The notes beneath the pieces were generated by a model. The model was not told where the DNA came from. It saw nothing but the letters and a program-made list of their open reading frames with translations, and made no database searches. DNA of 38,437 bases, taken from contig JAVEBF010000055.1 of the NCBI GenBank assembly GCA_051941275.1, forward strand, positions 1 through 38,437. Direction: 5' to 3'. Origin of the DNA: Dirinaria sp. TL-2023a (lineage: Eukaryota). The position numbers and the translations under genes were made by a program. Shown in pieces: positions 22,510-34,629 of this stretch (positions are counted from its first letter, which is position 1; every line of letters starts with the position of its first letter).

Positions 22510-25500
22510 TTAAGCTGCCTGTTGCGCTTTCTCGTTCTCAGCCTGCTCAGAAGAGGGTTTGGAACTATTTCGTTCGAGCACGTGAGACTCCTTCGGCTCT
22601 TCTTGTGCCTCGTGTCTCTCTGTGGGCGGAGGAGCTTTGGGTTGGGGAAAGACTTCCCGGAAAAGGTCCGGTAAGAACCGGTCGACGCGCTTAGATGTCT
22701 CTTCCCAGATTTCTGAAGGCCTCTCGTTCTCCGAAGGCGGGACCAAATAGCCTCCATCGGCCATGACGAGAAGAATGTTTTTTAAACTCTCGGGAATAGC
22801 TTCCTCCTGTGTAATGAACAGGTCATTAGCTTGCTTGGGTTGAGCAGATTAGTATTCTGCATGTCGACTTACCAGACTGTCTCCCTGCCCGCTGTTCATA
22901 AGCCGGTCCATAATATCCAGGATCTTCAGCCAGAGGTCTAGCATACCCTCCCATTCCGAGAGGAGCACAAGATAATGCAGAAAGATTTTACAAAGTAGCG
23001 TCGCGGCCTGGACTCTTGTCTCTCCCATGCCCATAGGATCTGATTGGTAGATCTCAGGCTTAAGGAGGCGCGAAATCAGTGGAAAGAGGACCTCGCCAAA
23101 AATGGCTGTCCATTCTTGGTGATCCGCTGAAGCGAGCTCAGGTGAGAGGAGTGAACGCTGAAGACAGGAGAAAGCTTGATGCCTTATTTCTCGGCAAGGG
23201 TTCAAGCACTGCGCCCGGAGAGCTTGGAATATGGGGGACCAGTAGGTCATCCAGGCTGCCTGGGTTAGTTGAGCATGAATAGGAAAGGCCGAATTACATA
23301 CCTTCTCTTCTTTCAAGATGAGATTGCTCGATTAGACTCGGAACCCGGTTCGTCAACTGATATATCATTGCAAGCGCTCTATAGCCGCGATTTACTACCG
23401 GGCTTTCTCTGCAGGGTATTAGTACGGTATATTGTCTGCATCAGCGAGATCACCAACCGAGGCTTAGCGGGTTTTGAAGGCTTCTGTCTGCGAGCATCTT
23501 TATCTCGCTTTTGTTCAATGATCGCACCAACGCTGCCAGATGTGGCAAAGGCGTTGAGTAGGCCCACGGTAGGCTCGTAATTGTCAGCAGTTACAGCGGA
23601 TGGTTGGCCTGCTGCAATATTCTCCAACAGAGCAAACACACTCCCTGCCACATCCTGACTATCATGTAGACTTTGCAAGAGAGACCAGAAATCTGGCGTG
23701 TTCGTAACCTCATTCCTTAATGGTCCTGTCTTTCGTAGGCAGACAGCTAGTCCTTTCAAGATTGGGGCGGCGGCCTTTTCAAGCACCGACTGTTCGAAGC
23801 TTGAGATGGTATGCAAGACTACTGGCGCACGGACGAACGAATGTTCCTGGGCAGATATGTGAGCTCTCAAGTTTGAGTAGATGAGTTTGGCGAATAATAC
23901 TTGGCTTGCATTTAGGATGTGGAGCAGATAGTATACCGCTCGGGACAACACCACTGGATGTACCTTTGTGGCGTTTCGTGCAACAGTATGCAGTGCGTCT
24001 GCGACCATCTCACCAACAGTGGTAATAGATTCCGTATCTCGCATTGCCAGAATGGTGGCAAGCTCAAGTACAAACACTATTGCTGGATCATAGATGGGAC
24101 TTTGGCTCCCTCGATGACCATTTGGTTTCGTAGGTGTCAGTGGTGGCCTATCCGGTTTCACAACAATGACAACCGGTGAAGATTCTTCCGGAAGCTGTTC
24201 CAGAAGTGCGCAGACAAGATGGTTTAAGGAGTCTGACGGTAAGGCGCTGCGAGATTTAGCGAACTTGGTCGGGCGCTTTACAGAGTGTACATACAGCACG
24301 TCCGCAAAAACGGTTTCCATGGCGCACGCGTTCACACAGTCAACGGTGCACATACTGCTCTCTAACTCCTCTTCCGAAGGTTCTGGTGGCTCGTCGGTAG
24401 CGTAGGAAGAGAGGTATGATGTTAAAGACTGGAAGAGCCCACTTTCATTTGCACGCTCTGCGCGGTCGATGACCTGCGATGGGGAATGGAGGGGTATCTG
24501 GGCAATATCGAGTAACTCATGAGCTTGCGAGAAAGTTGATGGTATTAACGAATTCACAAAGAGATTTAGCCAAATGCGGATGATCTGGTAATACGCCATT
24601 AGCCAAGTGTTTTAAGTAGTTGTTATCATAAAGTCTTACCTGCTTCCAGCCCTTCTTAATCTTAGATCCTTTGCCTGAAATGATTCCAAAGAGTACTACG
24701 CAGGCTAGCTGTGCCTTGAAGTCTCTACCAAATCTGACAGCCAGTTCACTGACCATGACACTCTTGTTGCCAGCTTGCACCTCGGTATTCAGAGCGGTAC
24801 TCGAAGTCTCCGGTGAAGCTAGGCCGGTGATGGAGCTGAGGCAAAAGATGATATGATCAAGTGCATCTGTAAGGTCATACTTAGCCGCAATCTGCGCACA
24901 TTGATCGAAACCCGCTATGACTCTTGAGAAGACGGCGTCATCGGAAGCTGACATGAAGACATATGACAAGGTGGCGACTGTGGGCTTCCATGTGGCACTA
25001 AACATGTCCGCATCGAATATATTCGTATCGCACAGCACCAGTGGTCCTGCTGCGCGGGCTTTGAGCAATAGGCCTTCCCAAGCATAGTCAAATGCCTGCT
25101 TGTTGTTGTGCTCATCTGGGAGAATGATTTCATTTGTTTTGATTGAATCATAAATTTCCTGAAGATATTCTGGTGCAAAATCCCTGCCCCCATTAACACC
25201 ACGAAGGTTCTTCGAGAAATCAGTGTAAGTCATGCGCTTTTGATTTTTCAATGTTGGATTATGCAAGTCTGTGTTCAGCATTATGATTGCGTATGTCAGA
25301 ACGAAAACAGCGTCTTTGTCAGCTATTTCTTCCGGAGTAGAGCTTGCACAGTACTTTTCAGAAAACACGGTCACGATGCGCTCAATCAGTTGCGACTCTC
25401 CGGGAAGACGGAAAGAATTGAGCAAGTCGCGCAATGCTTCGTCTACCCGTTTGTGGTCGAAATTGAACAGGTCAATGAATGCTCTGAGGTACTGGTCTTG

Positions 25501-27681
25501 TTGCCTCTTAGATAGAAACTCTCCAAGGACGCCTTTGCTGATCCTTGTAGTACCTTTCAGAAACCTTGTAACGGATTGAGCGTCATCATGGTTCTCAATG
25601 ATTCCTTGGCTGGCCAAAAAAGCAATGCCAGCCTTAGGGTTTTCGTTGAACTTGGTGGCACCGCGGATGATGACTTGTTTGCGAGCTCGCTGATCACGCA
25701 ATCTCTTCCTGTCAGGATAACCTGTGATTTTGGGCTCGTCTTCGAGGCGGTCTGCCAGAAATTGGATATAGCCAAGCAACGAGTCCAAGCACAGTGGTGG
25801 CACATTAGTTGTACTCCAGGTGGCAGAGTCAGGGAAAGCATTTCTAGAAAGCAAACCTACAAGATCTTCGCACAGATCGGCTCGATCAACTTCGCAGTCG
25901 TAGTTGATGAACAATTCCACAAGGAAGCTTGGTATGCGAGAGAGCGTGCCAATGCATTCAACCATTGCTTCCCTGGCGTCTGGTTTTCTCGAGCCCCCCT
26001 CCATACCAAGCCGCTGTCGATCTTTGACTGGCACAGGCGTTGACCGTCCACTGCTCGTCTGGGAAGGAGGTTGCTTCACCAGCTTTGGCGCCTGCGGAAC
26101 ACCCTCATACAGAGCCGGATCAATTCCGGGCTCAAGTGGAATCTCCACGCGAGGATGCAGGCATGCAACAAGATACGACAGGAAAAGTTCTTGTTGTAAC
26201 TTCAGCACTCCGCGGCATGTTGCGAGCAATGTGCCTGCAACTCGGAGCGACTCGTTCAAGAGGGCCACGTGTTCTGAGCGCACTAATTGGAAGAGATACC
26301 TGCACAGATCGTTCCTAGCAAGCGTCGCAAGACTTGGATGCTTAGCTATAGAGGGCCCTGCTACCTCAAGCGCTACATCAATGATCCGCAGCGCCATTAC
26401 TCTCATCGTATCTGCGTGTTGCCGATTGTGAGGCTGCAGTAGATCGACGAGGACTCGAAAGAGCTCACGAATGGATGGTAAAGAGTAAGGCTTGATCGTG
26501 ACCTCGACTTCACCATCCTGAGTCGCTTCAGAATGCTGTGTAAGATCGACGGCGCTAGCACTCATAGGAGGATTGGATGCCGCCTCAACGCCTCCAAACG
26601 GTCTCTCAAAGCTTGCTGAAGAACGTGGTTCAGCATTCTCCTTCTGTGAGTCTTCAGTAGAAGCAATGCCTGCCAAACTTGACTCCCCTTCCGGAGCCTT
26701 TTCGGGTGAAACCACTGTAGTCCCGTCTATAGACGGTTCCATTTTCAGAAAGTTTGTGCCAGACTCTTCTTCCGCATCCAATGCCTCTATATCTTCACCA
26801 GCTTCGGCTTCCAGGTATTTCAGTCGTTCGAACACAGTCTGGCACATGGCGATCATAGACATCTCTGCAGAACGCCTCAGTAACTCCGAGAGTCGCATCT
26901 GGCAACACATGCTCAAGCCTGTCTCCATCATTTCGCAGACGCTCTCATCCCCCAGTAGGTCCCCACCCGGTCCCGAGAGCATTCCCTCCATCAGCTTCAA
27001 TATACGGAGTAGTACGGTCTCGTCAGCTGCTGAATCGCTAGCTTCGAAGCGGCAATGGGTTATGGCTGCTGACAGCAGTTGCATTCCTAACGGTAATCGT
27101 GGCGATTCCCGTCCAATGAGGTTATAGGCGAAGAATTTGGTTATTGATATAAGAGCGAGAGAGGTTATTGGAGCAGAAGTGGACGAGGAGCGAATTACTT
27201 GAAGGAAAGGGCGTAGGAGGGAAGGGATGTCGAACATTCTGATATCTGCCATTCGATTAGGCCCGCGAGAAATCGCTCGTTCCATATATATCTTTTACTG
27301 ACCGGTACATCCTCTCAAGTCGTTTCTCAACCTAGCAAAAGCAGACATCAGAGGATTGTCTTGCATGCTCTTCCCTTTCTTGCCCCGAAGGCCCCATCGG
27401 CTGGCCAGACTATCATCTTTACTGACAGCTCCGTTTGGTATTTGCGTAGGCCTATTTGCTTGACCCCTATTTGAGCTTGTGGTCTGTCGTCCAAGGGGTG
27501 TGACCTCGCGTCCACTCGACACGGGAGCCCCCCCGCCCAGTATAGCAGAGACGGAAGAGTGAGCCCAGCGAGTATGCTTTCTCATGGCCGAGGTGACTGT
27601 GATACATTCTGTCGTAATCAGCGCGACTGGATCCACCGCTATAGCAACTTTGCTAGGGGGATAAGCTATTCCATCCTCCAT
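22510..27681 (-). CDS. GEA2: Large Sec7-domain ARF-GEF (Gea1/2-GBF1 family); introns 27302-27246, 24639-24585, 24294-24247, 23900-23847, 23457-23409, 23301-23256, 22872-22807
   Basis: DCB motif AITHCRFEASD, HUS box NYDC, Sec7 catalytic FRLPGESQLIERI and YAIIMLNTDLHN, and C-terminal HDS motifs (QCLNPCREIR, EAIPESLKNILLVMA). Confidence 0.95.
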
Positions 27682-28198
27682 GTTGCGGACCTAGTCGCAA
27701 GCTGCGGTATGTTGGAGTCGATCATTAGGTGGCAATATGCCAACTTATCCTCGTGGTAGAGAATTTTGTTGTGGCAGTATGTTCTGCATTATTCTCCAGT
27801 GAATCGTCATTATGTGCAAAGATTATGGATGTATTCATCGGTGTGGATTTGCGGAGTAGACTTGCTGTCCTTTCTTTAATGGGCCAGAAAGGCCGCACCA
27901 TGTTCAGAACGCCTCCATGCCGGCAAAGGCTACATGTAGCCAATTCACTGGGGCAGAGCAGATTACATGATTTCTAGGAGAATTTCAATGTGGTGATATA
28001 TTGTATGGTACATTGCTTCTCAAAATCTAAATTTCGCCCCATCCAAGGAGATACTCGTAAGACACCAATCATCATTACATATGTAAGTACGCCTCAATGT
28101 GATGCTCCTTCTTATGGACGCCTGCCTCCTCAACGGGGTATACGAGTGAACTCGTTTTTCGCCAATACAATGATGTAGTTTTGTATATCTTCGCTGCT

Positions 28199-30107
28199 TC
28201 ACGACAGCTTTCCCGAGTCTCTCGCTTTCTCATCCTTCGAGCCTTTGGCTTCCTTGGCTTCCAAAGTCTCATCCTCGTCCTTTCGCGGGCTTGCTTTCTT
28301 GGTATCCCTTACTCCAGCGGCCTTAGTATCTTCAGTATCTGACTTGTCATTAACACCCTTTCCCTTGGAAGCCCCCTTAGCTTTTGGCGGTTCGACATCC
28401 TCGACGTCTTTCGTCTCCTCCTTGTTGCTAGATTTGACAGTGTCTTTCCTGTCGTCTTTCGAAACCGCCTTATCGGGTTCTTTGCTTTGTCCCTTGGGCA
28501 GCTTCTTTTCTGCGTCATTCCTCTCGGCTGTATCCGTACTGTCCTTCGCGGCACCCTTGCCAGCCCCTTGATCAGGGCTCTGTTCCCGCTGCTTCTTAGC
28601 TTCTTCGTCCTTCTGGGTAATACCTTCAATGTCCGCCTTGTCTTTATCCCACTGTGTATTTGGAACATCAAAGTCTTCCTTGATTTTCTTCATACGCTCG
28701 GCCCGCTCTTTCTCTTCCCTCTCGCGATTTTTGCGCTCTTGTTCCATCTCCTCCATGTGCCGGATGTCATCAACACTTGGTTCGTAAAGATGCCACACGG
28801 TATAGTGTGGTAGCCCGACGACAGAGAAATCCATCCGCTTGGCCATCTGAATTCGTTGTGAGCTTCATTCAAGTTTGCTCAGCGTTCCTCAAACGTACCT
28901 TGCCAAAGCCCTCTGTCTCTGCATGCTTTTCGAAGCTGAAGGCCGGAAAATGGACACCAGAACGAAAAACTTTCGCTTTTGCCAGAATACTCACACCACC
29001 AACACCATCTATTTCCATTTCCATGTCCGGATCACCATAAGGATCCCTCAGGTATGCGAGGTGCGGCCGCCAAGTAGCATACTCCGCGTAACCTTCCACG
29101 ATGACAGCGTCTTCGTCTAAAGTATCCGCCAAAGCTAGTGCAGTTTCGGATTCTTGCCAGGAATTGAGGTCATACGGCTGCTCTCCGCCCAGCCAATCCG
29201 GTAGTGGTCGCCAGACGTCTGTTACCGGAAAGTTAGTATTTGTGCGGCGATTGCAATAATGTAGACCTACTAGGTACTATGACATCCTTGTTGTGTCTCA
29301 TCAGATCTTCTAAGATTGTATACGGTGCCGTTTCCACGTCCACGTCCCGCCAGTAAACCCAACTATGCGTTGGTCTTAATGCGGCGCTAAGTAGCCAATT
29401 ACGAGCTTGAGCCATCAATTTCCTCCTACTCGCTTGGGCGGCGAAACCATGACGGCTTTCAACGTCTTGGTTAACCTTTTGCCCAAAGTCCTTCTCTAAA
29501 ATAGAGATTTCACCGTACGGCTGCTTAGGGTCAGGATCGTTCTGCAGGTCAGTCAAGAGACTTGAAAGTGTGTTAAGCGTGCTATCCTTGGAATCCGATA
29601 CTAGGAATGCAAGATCGATGAGGTGGTGGGGGTAGGTAAAATTTCGAAGGTGCGCAAAGAACATTGGGAGATGAGACTGGGCATCTCGAAGAGGAGCACA
29701 TAGTAGAACCCTTTCCTCTCGTTCCCACCCTCGTTCGGTTCCACCCACGTTTGAGAGGTCGTAATACCTGACGGTTTCGAGCTGAAGGTCTTCAGCCTGA
29801 GAGAGTAGGCCAAGGGAAAAGGTCGCCAGGACAGAAGATCGGAGTGAAGGAAACAAGACTAGGCTGAATAGAAGAGAGGCGCTGCCCAAGATCGCTAATC
29901 GGATGAGAAGCTGCCTTCGTCGTCGGTGGGCCGGCTGCCAAGGTGGCTGAACCCTGCTGCTTCAATCAGTCGATGATTTGCCGCGACAGAACCTGCTGTA
30001 AATGAATGTTACGAGACTACCGACCTGTGCGGCGATATCGACAAGCCACTCCTCCTGGTAGGATACGCCGCCGTATGCCCATTGATGTAGGCATGTCTGT
30101 TATTCAT
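28199..30107 (-). CDS. ANP1: Golgi mannan polymerase subunit Anp1 (GT62, Anp1/Van1/Mnn9 family); exons 30107-30025, 29953-29271, 29218-28899, 28846-28199
   Basis: Type II membrane topology (RRRR followed by a TM helix); motifs LCAPLRDA, RRKLMAQARNWLL, WRDVDVE (DxD), QPYDLNSW, DGVGGV and HAETEGFGKMA. Confidence 0.9.
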
Positions 30108-31918
30108 CCTCTACACTTTGTCACTGGCGTCGCTCATAGCCTTAGTCGGGCTCTCGCATGCATAGGGAGTTCGGAGACTGGTTTAGGTTTCGATGTAGAG
30201 TTGGGTGTCTACACGGTGAAGGTTGTGGGTTGAAACGGTGAAGTAGTTTGATTGCAAAATCACAGAAATAACAAGGCCCGGGCACCAAGCGATCGACCGT
30301 TGGCTGTATGGCTGCTTTTGTTGAAGATGGCGATAACGGTCTCAGGGACACATTGAGAGGGAGTTGCGAAAGGTAAGAGGATATCGTATTTGTCGTGCAG
30401 CAGCTTTACGAAAATCTGTTCGCATTATTGGAAGTATGTACGTACGCTATTACTGCTTTGGACTTTGCTTTGCTCGGCGATTCCAGTCACCCCTGCATTT
30501 AATCGCTTGGCGTTGGACCCCCTTAACCTTCCGGTACCACCACCACCCCACATGGGCACTGGGTACCTTATTGTGATATTGTGAAGCCGCTTAATTGGAG
30601 TAGCATATTACAAGCAAAATGGCTTTGGGCTTCGCTATGCACATAACACACAAAGCAGCTTGACTACTGCGACGTCCCGATGAATGTACGCTACGACTTT
30701 GTGGAAGCGTGTACTGCTATCGCCGTCATCCCATTATCCCATACAAGCTCATGGATTAGACGACCGTGTTCCTCCTTCACCATACAAATTCGTAGGCGCA
30801 CTACCACGTGAGCACCTGATGGAATTGATAATTAGCATTCAGAGTGAAATGGGGTATTCTTGGTGAGGCAGAGGATATGGTGAGGTGCTCAGAGAAGCCG
30901 TCTTAATCAAGGCCCCGTAACCGGCTATACATCTCCAGGAACAAGACGATCCAGAAAGATGCAGAACTCAAAACCGACATGACGTTCCTTCAGCACGACT
31001 GTAAACCGAACCAAAAGAGTAACTCCACAACCAATCATACCAGCTCAAACAAGCCAGTCCGGTGCGGGAGGGCGGCCTGGAGAGGTGCACTTCAGGGAAT
31101 GGATTGACTTTCTTTCATCGTAGCACGGACTTCAAGAATCATTGAACTTACTCACGACCCAAGGGATCTAGCTCAAGACCTATTGTAGAAGTCAATATAA
31201 TTCCGGCGACGATCGACAATTTATTTGAGCGCCCATGTGGAAGGAATCAGAACAATGGTAAGTTTGGTAGATGATTATCGACACAAAATTTCAGTAGCAG
31301 AACTGATAATAGAACCATTCATCATAAAGGGTGACTTGTATGGCACAACATCTGTAATCGCACAAGAAATATAACTGACCTGTACCTAGAGCTTCCACTG
31401 TGTCCGTGCTGTGGTCCCACAATATCAGTAATTATTCGGTACGGTTGAGATGTAATGGCAAGATGGTAGAGTACAACGCAATATCAGATGGTAGTGCATG
31501 TGAGTTAAAGGCTCATAGAAACGTCGCTAGAACTCTAGAGATTGATTTCTTCCTTGACTTTTTGTGGGAGGATCAGCGATGAGGATCAAGTGCAGACTCA
31601 CTCGCGCAATTGCTTCTTAAGCAAGCTTAACGAATATCTGTCGCCTTGTATTCAGCTCTTTTTATAAGCTTGCAAAGTAGAGAATGCGAAAGAGATGAGA
31701 TAGATGGAATAATTTAGGGAAAGTTCTCGAGCAATGGCACCCAAGGTACCTTACCTTACCTAAATCGAGGTATGGTAAGGTAGCACTAGCGTTACGATAC
31801 CACAGTTACCTTAGCGAGATACATGCACTTGATCTTACATACCTTAACATTATATCAGTGAAAGAACCATGTGATCACTGGACTTTATACTGCTTCCACT
31901 GGCAGCTAAGGAAAGCTG

Positions 31919-32972
31919 ATGGGAGACCGAAGGCGCATAAATGGACCGCCAGGCGATACTGCACCACCGATCTTTGCGCTGCCCGCCGAAGCGCTGAGGA
32001 GTCAACGCGTCGACCGCACAAGAGAGCCGAACGAGATCAGGAAGATCTGTAAGAGCCGCATTGTTAATCGGCCCATAATCCAAATTTCTTTGATCTAACG
32101 CCGTACTAGTCCTTAAAACTGGCCTCACGCCTTCCGCTTCTGGCTCTGCGTACTTAGAACTTGAGCCTTCGCCAGCTACTCCTCTCAATCTATCACTAGC
32201 AAAAACAGGTTCGGCTCTAAAATTATCCTGCGCAGTTCACGGTCCACGCCCACTGCCAAGATCAGCTCCGTTCACTCCTCAAATACTGCTATCTACGCAT
32301 ATCAAGTATGCTCCTTTCGCCTCGCGACAGAGACGAGGTTATGTTCGAGACGCTAGCGAGCGAGACCTTGCAGTACATCTTGAAACAGCTTTGAGAGGCA
32401 TAATTATTAGTAAAAGGTGGCCGAAGAGTGGGCTCGATGTTGTGATCACTGTGCTGGAGGGTGAGGAAGATAGCATATCTGGTAGTGAAGATGTTTCTGA
32501 GGAGCAAGGGGGGACTGGAGCTTGGGGAATAATGTCACTCCTATCGGGCTGTATCACAGTCGCCTCTGCTGCTATCGCTGATGCAGGTATTGACTGCGTG
32601 GATCTTGTGACCGGTGGAGTGGCTGCGATCGTTCGCCCAGCAGGAGCAATCGCAGAACAAACGTCGAAGGCGGCAATCACTTCCTCAGAGAATCCCACCA
32701 CAATCGTCAAGGACATATGTCCAACAGTTCATGAGAAGATTTTTGCTGTGTGTGTTGTAGGCTACTTACAATCGCGCGACGAAATAACGGAGATCTGGAT
32801 CAAGGGCGATGCCACAACCCCTGCCGGGAGTAAATTTCCGGGGCAATCGAGGCTCGATGTTTTGATTGAAAAGGCAATCGAAGCGGCTATGGCGGCTAGA
32901 CTTGTTCTTAAAGAAGCTCTCATGGAATCTACAGAGTTACAAGTGCAGAGAAGCAATTTAAACCAACCGTGA
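31919..32972 (+). CDS. MTR3: Exosome core subunit Mtr3 (RNase PH-like); intron 32049-32109
   Basis: MGDRRRINGPP..RKIFLKTGLTPSASGSAYLE..CAVHGPRPLP..KYAPFA..WPKSGLDV..ITVASAAIADAGIDCVDLV. Confidence 0.9.
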
Positions 32973-33305
32973 AGTTGTAGAACTTACCCAAGAAATTCGT
33001 ACGGGAATGTTAAACCTACCTTACAAAGGGACATGGTAATTACGTTCTTTGCTGGCTAGCTGCAGATTCTTTTCTGCTCTACATGCGTCCTCTCATTGTC
33101 TGTTTGCCGAACTACCTTAGAGCCTGGCTTCTTTCATATGAATTGTTACAAGACTCAAAGCCATACGACATCGTGGTCCTATCATACCTTAGAGTCCAGA
33201 GTCAACATCTCATATATTCTAAGAGAACGCCTCGTAAAAACAGCGCATTGCTGCCAGGGCCGAACATCAAGGTCATCAGTTTGTCTCATACGAGCAAAAA
33301 TCGCC

Positions 33306-33942
33306 ATGCCCTCCAGGATTGAGCTTGCAGAGAATCTTTGGCTTCTCTACATATGCCTCCAAAATTCAGACTACAAAGCTGTAATTTTCTCCGAACGATG
33401 GGAAGTGCGAACAGAGGCGCTGATGTATCTAGATCGATTTCAGTGCCGTTGGCGAAATTACGAACCTCAAGCCTCCGGCGGCTCGGATGCGTTTCACGCG
33501 CCTGCGTCGGGCTATTGAGGACGGCACTCTTATTGATACTCATGGCAAGCACTTCCAAGGCAGCTCGGATAAGATTGCCGAGGCACAAAAGAAACGAAAG
33601 AGGCCGTCTAGCAAAGATGCGGACTACGACGGAGACAATGAAGAGCCAGAGTCATCTCGGCCTAGGAAGAAAGCTTCTCGAAGTCCCGGCGTCAGATATG
33701 AGGCGGAGAGCTGTAACGCGCCATGCATGGGCGAGGGTGAGATTAGTTCACCAGAGGACACACACATGGATACGGAGTACCAAAGGTCAATAGAGAGCCG
33801 CTCTTCAGATTCGGCAACTGAAAACATCGACTATAGTCGGCCTCCTGCAGATACGGTCGCCTGGGATTTGAAGGAGGAAGCAGCTGAAGAAGCCCAACGC
33901 CACGTATTACCTAGCGCAGCCCTACTCACAAACGAGCAGTAA
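33306..33942 (+). CDS. Small fungal protein with N-terminal Myb-like domain and basic/acidic disordered tail; intron 33381-33432
   Basis: Spliced frame LWLLYICLQNSDYKA|IDFSAVGEITNLKPPAARMRFTRLRRAIE matches the fungal Myb-like pattern ID..AV......AARMR..RL; NLS-like KKRKRP follows. Confidence 0.7.
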
Positions 33943-34629
33943 ATGCTGGGGTCGGAACATACCTTATGCGCCTACCATCTGGCTCAGAATGTTGCGAGGG
34001 ATCGTTTTGCCTACTCTTGAGACCTCATCTAGGTATTTGCCGATTGAAGATGTCGATGGTATAGATTATGCACTGGTACTCATCTCCACCTCAGCTACAA
34101 TTGCACTTAGTATGTAAATCTTCCCAGGACACTTGTGACCATAACGCTGTTCATCAACCTCGTGGCCATCGATGTGGATAAGGTAAGCTCATGCTAATGT
34201 GCTTATTGCCATGACCTTAGTTATCGCTATCTTCTTTGTTCATGTCGTACACCGACATTTCCCTAATAGTACCTTATGATTCAGTACTTTATACCTTGGT
34301 AGTACTTAAGGGGCATTCCCTACCTACATCGGCCCGCGTAGCCGCTACTCAATCGCCACCCGGTCCGAAGTGCCCCTCGGCCTACTTTACCTTACTTAGC
34401 GTCCCGGCAAGAGTTATCACTACCTTGTACACAATCCTTCAAGCCCTTCCTTTGTGTGCGGCTGAAATCCTCACAAATCGAACGTTTTATCTCATGATGC
34501 CTGGGAAGCATGCTACTCCCATTTGTGATCTTCTTATCGTTGTATATTCTTCAGTCGAAGTTGCTCGCTTGGTAGTCGTGCGAGAGGGCAGAATAAATCA
34601 ACATTCATACATTGCATCTTAAGTCGAGA

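Noticed and set aside
13544..32972. Apparent clustering of RNA-processing genes (CCA1, U1A, SYF1, MTR3) and of trafficking genes (FIG4, VMA8, GEA2, ANP1)
   Set aside because: These are common housekeeping categories, interspersed, with no evidence of a co-regulated cluster.
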